DNA of 64,000 nt. Origin: Pseudovirgaria hyperparasitica (lineage: Eukaryota). Location: NCBI GenBank assembly GCA_010093815.1, contig ML996565.1; one strand, written 5' to 3'. The position numbers were made by a program, and so were the translations under genes. How positions within the stretch are numbered: the stretch's first letter is position 1; every line of letters begins with the position of its first letter. Under the pieces are notes generated by a model. That model was given only the letters and a program-made list of their open reading frames with translations, was not told the origin of the DNA and did not search any database. This document shows, piece by piece, positions 12,352 through 25,587 of the stretch.

Positions 12352-13591
12352 GGGGATTGTTTGTTGTGTGTGCATTGCATGAGTTTCCTCCTGGTCCACT
12401 TTCTCGAATGGTCAATCGTCGGCGCTTTATATGTCGGTAGAGCCTTTAAAAAGAAAACGACGTTCCGGAGCGTCTCATATCGAGCACGCGAATAGTACAA
12501 AATGACTTCACAATCACGTGGCCTTTATCCTACATGGCGTGGAATGCAGAGCATCGCTTTCCGAACGAATTGTGAAGTCTTTCAACTCAGGCTCTAACGC
12601 CCATCCTAGTGACATCCTATCAATTTGCAAGATACAGCTCGAAAACATGACATGACGAAGCGTGTAGCAGAGTCTACGTGCTCAAATATTGACGGTAGAA
12701 CGCGCCTAGAATTCAAAATGATGGTCAAGGTCTCTAGAAACATTCCAGAGTGAACGCCAGGAACAAGACAGAGTTACTACCCAGCAGTCTTTGCGTTTCG
12801 GGACGTCAGGATGCTCAACAGCGTACAGTTTCCGCAATGCCATCCAGTTGCTAAGTGTGTCGACATGTGTCCAATCAACCTTGCCATCAATAATGGCTTT
12901 AAATGATCCAACCATCACACAGAAGCTGTGAAGCATTGGGGTTGCTCTCTGGAACAGGCATATTCGCAAAGAACAGAGCCATCAACTTAGCTGTCAATCC
13001 GGAACACGAATGCCTTGCATTTTAGATTTCCAAGTGCACAGTATCGTTTGTTGCCTCGCCATTCCAGGACGATAGGACGATTATCTGCGCAGCATTCGGC
13101 TGATGATTCTGTGTTCGACTTATCCTCTTACCAGGTTATCCGAATTTCGCGTGATTTACTCACACATGAGCAAAGTAAGCACATTATGAGAACCTCAATT
13201 GTCTTGGCTTGGCTGAATCTTAAGGGACGGCGATTTCCGTAGACGCGATCAAGGATGCCAGACAGGGTGCGGCTGTCAACCGATCCATAGCGCCTGAGAA
13301 AAGTTATATAGGACTATCGCCCACTTTCAAGAGCATTAAATCCTCATAGTCCGTACCATAGCTCAAGGCAACAACGTTCAGGTGAGTCTCGTGCACTTAG
13401 GAATGATTTTAGGCATGACAGGTCACGCGTGTTGGCAGGTGTAGCACTTAGCCAATAGCGGCTTTTCCTCGGAGCTATTTACCAAGAGTACTAAAGGCCG
13501 CTGTCTGGTCCAGCCGCAGGTGTGCATCATACCTCGAAATCCCCCATGAGCTCCTCTTTGTTTTCTTCTGCCCTGTTGCCTTTTCAACGCT

Positions 13592-15588
13592 ATGGCACAA
13601 ACTTGTATAGTTTGTTTGAGCGAACTGGAGTTGTCCGACTCAGATCCAGCAATCAAAACGGAACCCGATGACCTTGATAGCACTCCTACCACTTCTGGAC
13701 ACACCGCCCTCACATCCAAAGGCAAAGAGCCTGAACAACCTCCAACTCCCGAGGACGACGATCAACTTCTTGCACACTTGCTACCATGTGGTCATAACTT
13801 GCATAATGAATGCTTGAAACCGTGGGTGGAACGGGCAAACAGTTGTCCGATCTGCAGAGCGAGCTTCAACAAGGTCGAGTTATGTGCCCAGATAGGAGGT
13901 AAGCTCGGTGTATCCCCGTTTGAAATCACACCAGATGGATTAGTACTGATGATTCCACAGGAAGCGTGATAGCATCTTACGATGTGGCTGACAAGAGGCA
14001 AGAGCCCACTCTAGACCCAGGTCTCCTCATACAGGACGAATTAGATCCTGATGAAACACATCAAGACCCTTGTACGGTTTGCGAGGAATATAACAATGGT
14101 CGAGAGAGCGAATTACTGTGCTGTGATGGCTGCAATAACACCTGCCATCCATTCTGCGCAGGCCTAAGTCGCATCCCGGCTGGACCCTGGTATTGTCAGG
14201 ATTGCTTCGAAGATCCGGCAACTCTATTCACCTCTCGTAATCGAATTTCGGGGCCGAACATTCGCAACGGTCGGCAGCACCGTCGACGGCAGAGTAATCC
14301 TGAACAAGAGTGGGCACGCGTGTGGCAATCAATCAGGAGTAGCACAGGTATCGATCTCGATTTTCCCTTCGAAACCCCTGATGAACAACAGCTCAATGCG
14401 GCCCGTCGCGCAAGAGATGATCTAGAGCAGCGAGCTCGTGTGGCTGCCGAACAAGGTGCCGGCGATCGCTTTAGGCGAGCCGCCGAAACACTTCTGGACG
14501 CTCGTGCACAACGCAATAAGACACCCCCGAAGCCAGAACCTGAATCACAAGACGAGATCCGCGCGTGGAATGCATTTGAAAAAGCGAAGGTCGTTCGTGC
14601 TGGAGGCCCTTCGGCGTCCAACAGGCGAAAGCGCAAGTCTCGAAGTGGTACCCCAGAAGAAGAGGCTATGGCTCCTGAGCCTGAACGAACTCTCAAAAGA
14701 CCACGTACACGGAAGACCCAGAATACAGGCGAAGCCTCTACATCAATACCAAGTGCACTGAATATAACAAATGGAACTCCGGGTACAGTTGGAACTGTGT
14801 CTGCACCATATCCTGAGCCTGTACTTGCAGTAGCACCTGTGGCGGAAACTCCAATTGTTCATCCTGGACCAAGTCATTCACGAATCGAGCGCGCAACAAC
14901 TGTAACACAACCGAGCTTCTTGCAGTCCTTATTAAAAGAAGTCGAAGTCAATGCCTCGGCTGATGATGGTCAGCTGAATCAAATCGAGCTAGCACCATTC
15001 ATCGATCGTGCCTCGTCACCTCAATCCCCTCAACTCTCTTCGCCTGGCGCATCACCTCCACTCTCTGCTCAAGCCACCCCCCGGGCAGGAACCCCCCCAC
15101 CACTAGCACTCAGTAGAGATTCCCCCCCTCTAGCCTCGAACGTCATTCCTATATACCCTGCAGCACCTGAATTCCCGCCCTTCTCACCGGCTGACCCTGA
15201 TGCTATCAGTGGGAACGAACGGAAAGACCGTCACAATCGACCCTCTCGTCGATCGCCAGAAACCAGTCCCCATAGGTCGCATGACGCTTCACCAACCCGA
15301 CCCAATATGTCTTACTCAACGAAATCCGAGATACAACGGATGGTCACAGCAGCGTTGAAGCCACGATACCGCAAGCACGAAGTCACTAAAGATGAATACA
15401 CTGACATCAATAGAGATGTATCTCGCCTCCTGTATGATAAGGTCGGCGGCGCGGTCGGCCTGGCAGATGCTGCTACGAGAGAAAGATGGCAGAAGCTTGC
15501 GGAGGACGAGGTAGACGTTGCTGTAAAGACCTTACGAGAGACCAATCCCATAGTCAAGGAGTCGCCTTACATCATCGCAGGATCTTGA
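13592..15588 (+). CDS. RING and PHD finger protein with a C-terminal SRI-like domain (2 exons; intron ~13898-13960)
   Basis: CIVC...[32 protein letters not shown]2; CTVC..LLCCDGC..CHPFC..WYCQDC PHD; C-terminal [33 protein letters not shown]. Confidence 0.85.
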
Positions 15589-16179
15589 GCAGGCCGATCG
15601 TTTGAATAGGTATCAACCTTGTAGCTGGCTGCTGGCTACTTTCGAGCAAGTTCGTACTCGGAGGCTAAGCTGAGCGTCCTCTGCTGCGTCACGCATCTCG
15701 CGTCGCGCTTTATAGATACCCAACCGTCCCGGCGTTCTCAATGTTTGTCATATAGCGGGTGTTTATGGGCAAAATGGTTATCTGGGCTCTGGGTAAGGCA
15801 CATTGGAATATGTGATTGAAGTGGTGAGTTGCATTGCAAACTGTCTTTGCTAAATACACTTCAGCTTATTATATTGAATAGCAGTGCAATGTATGAATAT
15901 GAGCTACGTTTATCTACGATCGCGTACAATTCTGGATCGTTAGCAGCACCCTTACCACATGCGAAGAATCTTACGTCCTTACAATCATTTTCCTTGATAT
16001 ATTCCTCGTGCCTATCTACCTTTCCAGCGCCGCCTCCTGGCTTGCACCCATTCCCGCTAGTCTGCTATATGTCTCCCGAGGCTAAAATTAAGTCCCCGCG
16101 CACTACGGTCGTCCACGTCTCCACCGCAAGGTCGACCACAACGCGAAAATATGGTCCAACAAATATAAGTGCAAAAAGA

Positions 16180-16263
16180 CTCTTCCGGGAAGGCTCGAAC
16201 TTCCAACCTCCTGATAAACTGCTGTTAACAGTCAGACGCGCTAGCCAATTGCGCCACAGAAGA
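16180..16263 (-). tRNA. tRNA-Asn (GTT) with a 10-nt intron
   Basis: Minus strand TCTTCTGTGGCGCAATTGGCTAGCGCGTCTGACTGTTA[ACAGCAGTTT]ATCAGGAGGTTGGAAGTTCGAGCCTTCCCGGAAGAG: acceptor stem TCTTCTG/CGGAAGA, D arm GCGC/GCGC, anticodon stem TCTGA/TCAGG, T loop TTCGAG, downstream TTTTT Pol III terminator. Confidence 0.93.
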
Positions 16264-17111
16264 TTTATTGGCGATTTTGTTCTCGAGTTAATTTATAAAC
16301 TTCTAAAATGCTATCATCTTATCGTGGATAATAAACGGCTACTGAAGCGAAAACTATTACTATCGTCCAATTAGGCGAGATGTCATATAACTTAATTACT
16401 AGTGCAATTTTCTTTATTGAATTTCTAGCACTTTTAACGTAATGCATATAAGCTATTATCTAGTATAGCTGTTTCTCTTCTTAGTGCCTAGTAGTAAGTA
16501 CAATGCTACTATCATGTTAAGATTTCCTTTATTACTATCTTTTTATGAGCTCATGCCACGGAGACTCGTAGTATCACTACCTTATGAATATACGTACTAC
16601 CTATGGTGTGGTATGCCGCAATCCGATTTTGCATTCTCATATCCTGTCGCGGGCTGGCAAAGTTCAACAGTCTCAATTGGCCACGAATGCAATTGTGCCC
16701 CTGCTAGGTGATATGTTCCGGCGACCATGTTGCCAGCAAGCTCACTTTTCAGATAGGGATTATGCGATTCGACGTGCACCTTTGATTTACCCATCCTTGC
16801 CACAATGATTCTCTTACGGTGGCTTATATGTTCGTGTTACGAATGGTCGCTTCTTCCACGTATTCATCACACGGTTGAAAGAACATGATTATGTGACCGA
16901 GATAGCTGGCGAGACAGCTCACGTCATGAGATTTTCGTAAATCACCACTTTCCACCCTAGCAACGAAGTCTTATTATTTTCGTTCGTCCACGCAGCGATT
17001 CGATACGTTACAATACTACGATCAATGGGAGAGAAAAAACAGACTAAGCGTGGAACGGAATGTATTATCGATATTAGAAGCAGCCTGTATCGCTCCACAG
17101 AAGGCAGCCCA

Positions 17112-18756
17112 TTAGTCTCTCACGTTTTCTGATACCATCCCGAATTGCGGTTTACTCACACTTCCATACTTCGCTTGCCACGCAAAGAAGTACAGAAGCG
17201 CTGCCAAAGGCTGTCCAACTAAGCAGAAACTAATCCAGAAGATCGCGTTGCCTAACACCTTCCATACGCTGCCTTTCAATCTATTCAGTGGATCTGTCAG
17301 GATGATCAGTGGAACCTGGAATAGCATGCCCGCGAACGCAACGCCGATAATATTATGAGTTGGTACGCCAACGAGAAGCTCGTGTAACGCTCCAGAGAAA
17401 AGGAAGACGAGAAGTTGAGCGACGGTAGGCGGTACACCGCGACCTACAAGCGGTGCGTAAATGTGTCGCTTCATGAAATGTGTGACAGGCTTATTCCAAG
17501 TCGTCCAATACGTGCGAATACTCGTGACATTCCACCAATCGCCGTAAAATTCGCGATCACCAAATCGCATGACTTCCGCCAGCCCATTCAGGAACGATTG
17601 GAAGAGCGCGAAAAAGCCAGCGAGCCAGCAGAATAAGGAAATTGTAGAAAGCTTCATTGTGCGCTCGATAATGGATGTTAGATCGAGACCAGAAATGCCA
17701 CCAAGAGAGTTTTGTAGGAGAGGGACAGCGTATTGGGCACTGGCGATCCAAATTGCAATGGAGAGCACTGTGGCTTCTACGCAGTGACGGAAAACGTAGC
17801 CCCAACGAGTGTGCTTCGTGCGTGGGTAGACCGGCTGGTAAACGAGTGTGGGCGCCCACCAGAAGTAGCAGAGGTTACTCATAGATATATTTCTTGGATA
17901 AGGGCATGACCTGTACATATCCGGAAGAGGGGCTTCCTGACTCGGGTGCAGCATCGCATCTCGTAGGTCACGATTTGTGAAGGCGTACGAGCACGTCTTG
18001 AGCCATACGATGACGGCATGGAGCTCGCACAGGGTGCCGATGCCTGGGTGATGGATGTAGAAGTATACGACAGTTGTGGCGATTATGAGATTGAGGGTCG
18101 CATTTGTGCTATGCGCAAATGCTATTATGTTCCAGTATGTGTGAAAACTGCGCTGTACGCGCTCTTGTTGCTCAGGGGTCTTTTCCGCGCGTTTCACTTT
18201 CGCTATGGCACCTTTGGCTTGTTGAGCGGCAGCCAACTCGATGATATATGCAATGAAGAGGTGGAAAGGGACAAGAAGGTAGAGAATAGAACCATAGATG
18301 ACGTCCTGGCGTCGGTAGTCGTGGCAATGAATACAAATCAGGACGCCGTACTAAGAGATGTTAGTGAACATGTCATCAGAATGGAGGCAGCTTAACACAC
18401 CTTTTTGAAGTTTTCAATCATTAAACGTATATTAGATATTACTGGATTTCACATCAATGTATATTCTTGATCCATGAACGTGGATACGAACACAAGACGA
18501 GCACCATCAGGTTCCTGAAGCCAACGAAGCTAGGTGTTCGTTCTGCGTCGTGGCTCAAACATGATGGCCTTGATTTAGAATGCACGGCAAAGACGTGCTT
18601 ATATTTCTGCTCCTTGAGGCCGGATGAGCTCGACGGTCGTGATGTTTCTGAGATAGGACACTTGTCATCTGTGGTGGATGTGTGGAAATGCTGCTGCAGA
18701 TCGAGGTTAGGTAGATCATTATTGGTGGGAAGAGCTTCATCAATCAGGGTAGCCAT
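17112..18756 (-). CDS. MBOAT-family O-acyltransferase, DGAT1/ACAT-type (3 exons)
   Basis: HVFAVHS..SCLSHDA..PSFVGFRNL, IRLMIENFKKYG, YFWWAPTLVYQPVYPR, FGDREFYGDWWN, WNKPVTHFMKRHIY, FSGALHEL (catalytic His). Confidence 0.92.
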
Positions 18757-19428
18757 CACGCTACAGCAACATGTATACGAGTAGTAGAGTCGTTCCAGGT
18801 AGGTTGCCAGGCGGGGTCAAGGTAAGCAAGCTCTGTCGTGGTTGGAACGGCGCTTATTGATGACGCAGTCAAGTTATGAAGGCATACCGACGTTGGGCGT
18901 TTGTTGGATATGAACGTGGTCTCAGTGATCAGTAGCGCGGATGAACTAGGAATCAGAGAAGATGGAGAGGTAGTTGGGTGAGATAGCATTGCTACATAGT
19001 CTGGAAAAGTAATTGAATGCTGAGGGGGTGTAGAAATGGACCATACTGAAATCGTTGACCGGCGCTGCGAGTTGGGCCGGTGGGCATGGAAGATATGCCC
19101 ACATCTGTGGCGTCATTGTGGCTGATGCTGATGACCGCTAGCTCGATATAGTTAGCTCATCAGGGCTCTCCACTCCATTCTCGCATGCCATCGTCGCTCG
19201 TGCCCGTACTGTTGCGAAATATCTTATCCATCCTCAATTGCAGTACTCCCTCGATTACCGTAGAGGGACCTTTCCATCCTCAATCGCAGTACTCCCTCGG
19301 ATACTGTAGGACGACTTTTCCAAAACTTGTCGAACTGAACCCACGAACGGAATCTGCCCTGCGTCGAGGCCTTCCTCTTACCACCCTCATCTGAGCTTTA
19401 TGTGGCCATCATACACTCCCCGGTGACA

Positions 19429-21517
19429 ATGGATCGCGACAACGCCTTCCCGCAGCCCTACGAGGCAGGGAGGCCGCGCCCTAAACGTGAGACTGCCTTT
19501 TTGATCTTGTATTCCTCAATATGAACAGAATGTGGTGCCCGAAGGCTAGTTCCAGAGTATCTGTTATTCCTGAAAGTCCTGGGTACTAGCCATGAAGATG
19601 TGCGATTATCAGTTCTTAACGTGCTTTTACTGCTATCATACGTTGTAGTCTAAAGAGCACTCACTCATAAATTTACAGGCCCAGTCACTGACTATGGCTC
19701 AACGATGGTGCAATGGATGCGAAATCGGAGACCAAATCACAAGGGAGGATCCGTATTGGAGATGGAAAGACCTAGCGCAAGCTATATAATCGATGTCTGT
19801 AATGCTGTCGAACCACCCTTGTGTATGTCAATTGACGGCAAAACAGATGCTCCCGCCTGCTGCGCGACCTACCAATGCTGCCGCAACCATTCCCGTCAGA
19901 CACCTCCACTCCTCGCTAAACAAAATCAAACATCCAGTGAATGTGGTTCGTTGGACACCAGAAGGAAGACGTCTACTCACAGGATCTACCAGTGGTGAAT
20001 TCACATTGTGGAACGGCATGGGGTTCAACTTCGAGACCATCATGCAAGCACACGATGCAGCGATACTTGGGGCAGATTGGTCTAGCAGTGGAGAATGGCT
20101 AGTTTCCGGCGACAAAGCTGGAGTGGTGAAATACTGGCAACCAAACTTCAACAATGTCAAGGCCATCCAGGCTCATAATGAGCCCATCCGTGACATGGCG
20201 TTTGCTCCCACGGACGTTAAATTTGTCACGGCTTCGGACGATGCTTCACTCAAAATATGGGACTTTGCTGCAGGTGCCGAAGAATCTACCCTTACTGGAC
20301 ACAATTGGGAAACTCGCTGTGTGGATTGGCACCCTAGAAAGGGCCTGTTGGTATCTGGATCAAAAGACCACCAAGTAAAGCTCTGGGATCCTCGAAGTGG
20401 AAGATGTTTGACAACACTACACGGACATAAGAATTCGCTCCAGAAGACAAAGTTTGAGCCTGTCCAAGGAGACCTTCTTGCCACCTGCGCTCGAGACCAC
20501 ACAGCTCGGATCTTTGATCTGCGGATGATGAGAGATGTGCTTCTGCTCAAGGGTCACGAAAAGGACATTATTACCCTTACGTGGCATCCCGTACATAAGA
20601 ACCTCTTATCCACTGGTGGCTTTGATGGAGCACTCTTCCACTATCTGCTAGACGAGCAGAACCTACCAGATGGCGCTCCTCCAACCACATCGGTGTATGA
20701 AAGTGCAGATCCTACGAATGCACCGGCTCAGACAATATACCCCGCTCACAGAATTGAACACGCACACGAATATGCCATTTGGACACTTGATTGGCACCCC
20801 TTGGGTCACATCCTCGCATCAGGCTCCAACGACAAGATCACCCGTTTCTGGACGCGTGCCAGACCAGGCGAAAGCCACTATCTCAACGATACGTATCACA
20901 TTGGGCGAAGCGCAGCCGAAGCTATGGGTACATGGAGCCGAGCAGATGGCCGCCGACAGATGCGTGAGGAAGAAGAACAAGAGGAAGAGGATGAAGCAGA
21001 TGGTCTAGAGGACCAAAACGCGTTGTCGCGACCACCACTTGTTCCAGGCCTGCCAGGTATATCTCTCAACCCAGAAGGACATACCGCGACGTCCTTTCTT
21101 CCAGGAATCGGAAACACACCTGCTCCGCTGATACCGCTTCCTGGTGCTATGCCGCCTCTACTTCCAGGCATGGATCCAAATAAGATCGACATGTCCAAGC
21201 TGCATGAGATGTTTGGCGGGCAGTTCCCTCCGCCTCCTATCCCCCCTCCTAACGGTGCACCGCCTGGCTTCCCACCTCCACCTGGCGGTCTATCTTTCCC
21301 AGGCTTTCCAGGAGGCCCACCGCCACCTCCGCATATGCTTCCACCTGGCTTCATGCCTCCTGGTTTCCCACCACCCATCCCGCCATCACAGCAAGTGCCG
21401 ATCCCTCCGCAAAATGGTGGATGGGATGCTAATGGTAGGAGGCGTGCGCCATTACCAAGCCAACAGGATAGTCTCATGGAGGAGATGAAGAGAGGTAACT
21501 ATAGGAAGGCGAGATGA
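19429..21517 (+). CDS. PFS2: Polyadenylation factor subunit 2 (WD40; WDR33 homolog), 3 exons
   Basis: [70 protein letters not shown]40 repeats, [25 protein letters not shown], Pro-rich tail. Confidence 0.95.
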
Positions 21518-21764
21518 GTGTTCTTCCTCGGGTATGCATCAGCGCTGGCGTTCATATAGGGATAATATACATCCATCCTTTTAAATACCATGGCTTCGAA
21601 CATATGAGTCCATAAGACTCCGAGTTCGTGGTTTTGCTAATCTACAAGTCTGAAACAGTGGGGTCAGTGTGTGTTTGTTCCGTGGACGCTTAGTAGTGTA
21701 TATGTATTAGCGGTATCGACAATCGAACTATTATAGATGTCAAAGCTCCTGATACAAGCTAAGA

Positions 21765-22320
21765 CTATCGAACTTCGTGCCAGCCATATACATCTGGCTG
21801 TATCCGGGAAACAAGAGGACGTCGAGTACATGCTTCATGAACTAATGTACCTTGGCTGTACATTTACTCTGCTTCACCATGACGTTGTGACTGCCCGAAA
21901 TCGTTTCCTTCATGTCATGATTACTGTTATAGCCGCTTTCATCTTGCAGACAGCAGATTTCACGGCCCTAGCTCTAATGATCATTGCAAGATCAGCCGTT
22001 TTATCATCTCAAAATCATATACGACACAACTATATTCGATACGTGCTCCGAATGCTGCAGCAATCGGACACGAAGCTCATATATAGCTACTTCTTCCATC
22101 CCTAGACCCTGTCATCATTTGAAGATGTCGTAAGATACTCGCATTAACGAGCGGAAAGATTCTTTCCTGGTTTTTCAGTCAAAGACACCTTCTCATCATT
22201 GCCCTGGATTGTGAGTTCGTATGCTTCGTCGGTGCTTGAACCCCTGACACCGAAATGTTGCGCAAGCAACAACGTCAAAATCAGTAGAGTTACCCAAACC
22301 AATATTTGCCACATGGACAT
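21765..22320 (-). pseudogene. Possible decayed secreted-protein gene; intact 58-aa ORF at 22144-22320 with a signal-peptide-like N-terminus
   Basis: MSMWQILVWVTLLILTLLLAQHFGVRGSSTDEAYELTIQGNDEKVSLTEKPGKNLSAR*; downstream coding-like segments are interrupted by TAA/TAG stops. Confidence 0.3.
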
Positions 22321-23359
22321 TCTTTTTCTAAAGGAACGGTATTATCTCTGGCCAAGCTTTAACACCTGACTATGTTCCCTGGCATCAAATGACCTTTGTA
22401 TGAAAATGTTTTGTTACCTCTCACTCAGTATTTACTCGATCTGTGAGCTGGCGCAGTTGGTTTTATCGATAGTATATGGAAAATTAATCTTAAATGATCC
22501 ACCACTCGACTAGAAATCAGCTTGTTGCCAGTCAGAGACTTGTCGAGCTTCACTCTAAACATCGTTGAGCGTTGTTGAGTCGTCGTAAACACCTTCTTGA
22601 ACTTCCTAGGGATAGAATTTTCGAATATATTTCAAGCCAAGAGCTACATAGGAACCATACGTATGCTTATACAAGTGTCCTATGCTGCGAGAGAAACCAG
22701 TATCCACATAGTGGTCTTCAGCAGTCACTCTTTGGTCGCTTATAGACTTGTCCTAACAGCGCTTTTCGAGGAATGCTGGGGGGGTTGTATTCTACTGGTA
22801 ACATTCTTATGACAGTATCGATGAGTGCGGCAATCTAGGCCGTTTATCGTTTCTGATATACCATTGTAGGAGGGCTTGTATAATATTGAGGATTTCCGAA
22901 GTAGATCTGCACCGGTAATGGTAGGATATCACAGACGAGGTGGATAGGAGCCGTCAGCTGAATCATGCTACAGCGAGGAGGTACAACGATAGGCAGAATG
23001 CTGTATGGGATGCGAGGTAAACTTTTCTCGCTATGTATGCTGATTTCGAGCTTTGTATCCGCGGACCGCCGCCCTATACATGTCACCACCACAAACACTA
23101 AACTTATGTTTTCTGAACAGCAACAAGTTCGGCATGGCCATCAACATATGATGATGATATATGCCATGCATTCGGATTTGTCTTTTCTCCTGATGGAACA
23201 ATTGCATCACGTGGTGGGCATGTCATTGGTCAAAGTGTCTGGCTGAGGCCCACAACACAATATCGTGTCTCGATCATTAGGTGCAAACATTATGAGACAA
23301 GACCATCTACACCTCCAGTATATTACAGTAAAGTAGCTTATACTTAAAGCCTCCATAAT

Positions 23360-24316
23360 ATGCCTATCAGTCTCCAATACCACGTAGCAGACGTTTTCAC
23401 CTCTACTGTGTTCGCGGGAAACCAGCTCGCCATCATCCATCTTCCAAATAGCTCGACTTTAAGTGAAGTTCAGAAGCAACAGATCGCGATCGAATTCAAT
23501 TACTCTGAGTCTATATTCATCCGCAAGGCCGACGTCCTAGACCTTGAATCTGAGGGCAGCGACGCACCAGTAGCTTACGAAGTCGACATCTTCACTCCCC
23601 AATCTGAGATCCCATTCGCTGGCCACCCAATCATCGGTGTCGCATGCCATGTCTTTGAGAAGCTCCTCACAGACAAGACTACTGCCACCCTCATCGCAAA
23701 AGCCGGCCTGATCACTATATCTTACGACCACAGCAAGGGTGTTGCCCAGGCATCGGTGCCACACAATTACCACCTACATCGCAACTCATCTTCACTCGCA
23801 CAAGTGGAATCTCGCCTACGCACTGTTCAGTCAGGTCTCAATCAGCAACTCAAGGTGCATCGCATGGCTCTCGTGTCAATTGTCAAAGGAATGACCTTCC
23901 TCCTCGTCGAACTTGAGTCTGTGGAAGTACTGTCCACCATTAGGGTCACGTCTGCAGACCCGGTCTCTCCTGAAGACCTGGATGACTGCTGGACGCCCAC
24001 ACTCATTGGCTCACTGTTCTACGTAATGCCGAAGAGAGGGAATGATGGAGTGTTAAGGGCTCGACAGAGGATGATTGCGCTGAGGCTGGAGGACCCGGCG
24101 ACAGGCAGTGCGAGTAGTGCACTGGCGTGTTATTTGAGTCTGCAAATAGGAGGAGAAGGGCAGAGATATAAGTTCGAACTAGAACAGGGTGTAGAGATGG
24201 GGAGGAGGAGTGTGATTGGGGTCGAGGTTGAATTGGATGGAGAGGGGAAGCAGGTGAAGGAAGTCGTGCTCAAAGGTCAAGCAAAGCATGTTATGAAGGG
24301 AGAGTTGGTGGTGTGA
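23360..24316 (+). CDS. PhzF-family (diaminopimelate epimerase-like) protein
   Basis: ADVFTSTVFAGNQLA, EFNYSESIF, IFTPQSEIPFAGHPIIG, EDPATGSASSALA, EQGVEMGRRS. Confidence 0.93.
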   Translation: MPISLQYHVADVFTSTVFAGNQLAIIHLPNSSTLSEVQKQQIAIEFNYSESIFIRKADVLDLESEGSDAPVAYEVDIFTPQSEIPFAGHPIIGVACHVFEKLLTDKTTATLIAKAGLITISYDHSKGVAQASVPHNYHLHRNSSSLAQVESRLRTVQSGLNQQLKVHRMALVSIVKGMTFLLVELESVEVLSTIRVTSADPVSPEDLDDCWTPTLIGSLFYVMPKRGNDGVLRARQRMIALRLEDPATGSASSALACYLSLQIGGEGQRYKFELEQGVEMGRRSVIGVEVELDGEGKQVKEVVLKGQAKHVMKGELVV

Positions 24317-25150
24317 AGAATAACATTGAGGACGAAACCCCGTAACCATGTACTCGTTTGTTCTCGACATGCACTAGCGGGTGGCGCATTTGTCATGAGA
24401 TCTATTTTCAATGCAAACTTTTGGGCTTGCTGAGAGCGATACGGATGTTACGACTTAAGCAAATGGCCACACTTGTCAATACTTTCTTCCCTCCGGTGTT
24501 CAGTTGTAGATGTCCTTGTCAAGGGCAGACAAGCCTACCTCAATACTAGCAACTCCTATATTAAAGCTGATACTAGACTTTCAAGGATACTAGTAGGATA
24601 CGATGGGCCTAAACATCGCGCTGAAGGTGGACAGTACGTCGGTGAGGGAGAGATATTATGTATGGAAGACTCGAACTAGATATCTGATGGAAATACATTG
24701 AAGACGGTTTGTTCAACGTTGACTGTTGTACCCCTCTTCACTCCTCAATTAGGTTATCCGTTCAGACAAACGTCTAAGGTACTATCTGCTTATCTCAACG
24801 TCGCCTTGTTGTCGACAGGACAGGCTTTGTGAAAGCAGGAGCAGATAAAATGTTAAAGAGTGAAGTTGATCGGATAGTACATCTTATAGTACAATATGAT
24901 ATCATTATATCACATACATGATTGCGCTAGTAATGACACGACCATTGCTATGACACTTAGTAAAATTTATGCTCACTTCGAATACATTAAACTTATCCGA
25001 CGTGAATCCTTCATATCTTCCGTCGCCCAACACTCCTAGTCCTATGTGCATCATATCACAACTTCTGTTTCATGTAAAAACCATAAATAGCATTGTATAT
25101 CCATACTAAACCGGTTTTTCACAGACTTGGATTTGGTAGATGTATCAGGT

Positions 25151-25587
25151 CTAGCGAGAAAGTGTCGAAGTACCCTTCTGTTCTTTCTGTGGCGGACTTG
25201 CTGATAAGCCTCTGAATGTACTGGGTATATGCGTCAGCTCACATTTCTCATGTACCATCCGCATGTATCTTTCATGTACACATAGGCTGTTACTTACCTG
25301 TTGAACCAAGTTCCAAACATTCCACCTTTCGGCCTTGAGTCCGCGAAACTTGCTCTTCTCGCCTCGACATTCGGATTATCAATTGGTCGTTTGAGCGCGG
25401 CGAAATTCTCCCATGCGTTCGAGCCGCGGCGAGAGAAGCGATTCGGTGGTGAGGAGATGAGGATCTCGTTCTGGGCAGACGAGAGTGAACTGCGACGGTC
25501 CTGGCGAGGTTCTGCAGAGGAAGAGATAGGTTCGGAAGGAAGGCGGTGGGTTTGAGAGGAATATTTCTGATGAATTGGAGACGGCAT
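25151..25587 (-). CDS. Small Ser/Arg-rich conserved fungal protein (conidiation-specific expression protein-like), 2 exons
   Basis: RRGS..LKR..ARRASF.D..PKGGMFGTWFN motif; intron GTAAG..GCTGAC..CAG joins to STFRGLSASPPQKEQKGTSTLSR*. Confidence 0.55.

Noticed and set aside
13099..13220. TGATGA ... CTGA pair suggestive of a C/D box snoRNA
   Set aside because: No terminal stem or recognisable rRNA guide complementarity was seen.
15829..16374. 181-aa plus-strand ORF
   Set aside because: Non-ATG start, no recognisable motifs, and it overlaps the antisense tRNA-Asn; likely spurious.
20896..21477. 193-aa Gly-rich antisense ORF (and similar antisense ORFs over other genes)
   Set aside because: Shadow of the Pro-rich tail of PFS2 on the opposite strand.
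24702..24776. Imperfect inverted repeat AGACGGTTTGTTCAACG / CGTTCAGACAAACGTCT
   Set aside because: Short and gapped, with no TSD or second copy.
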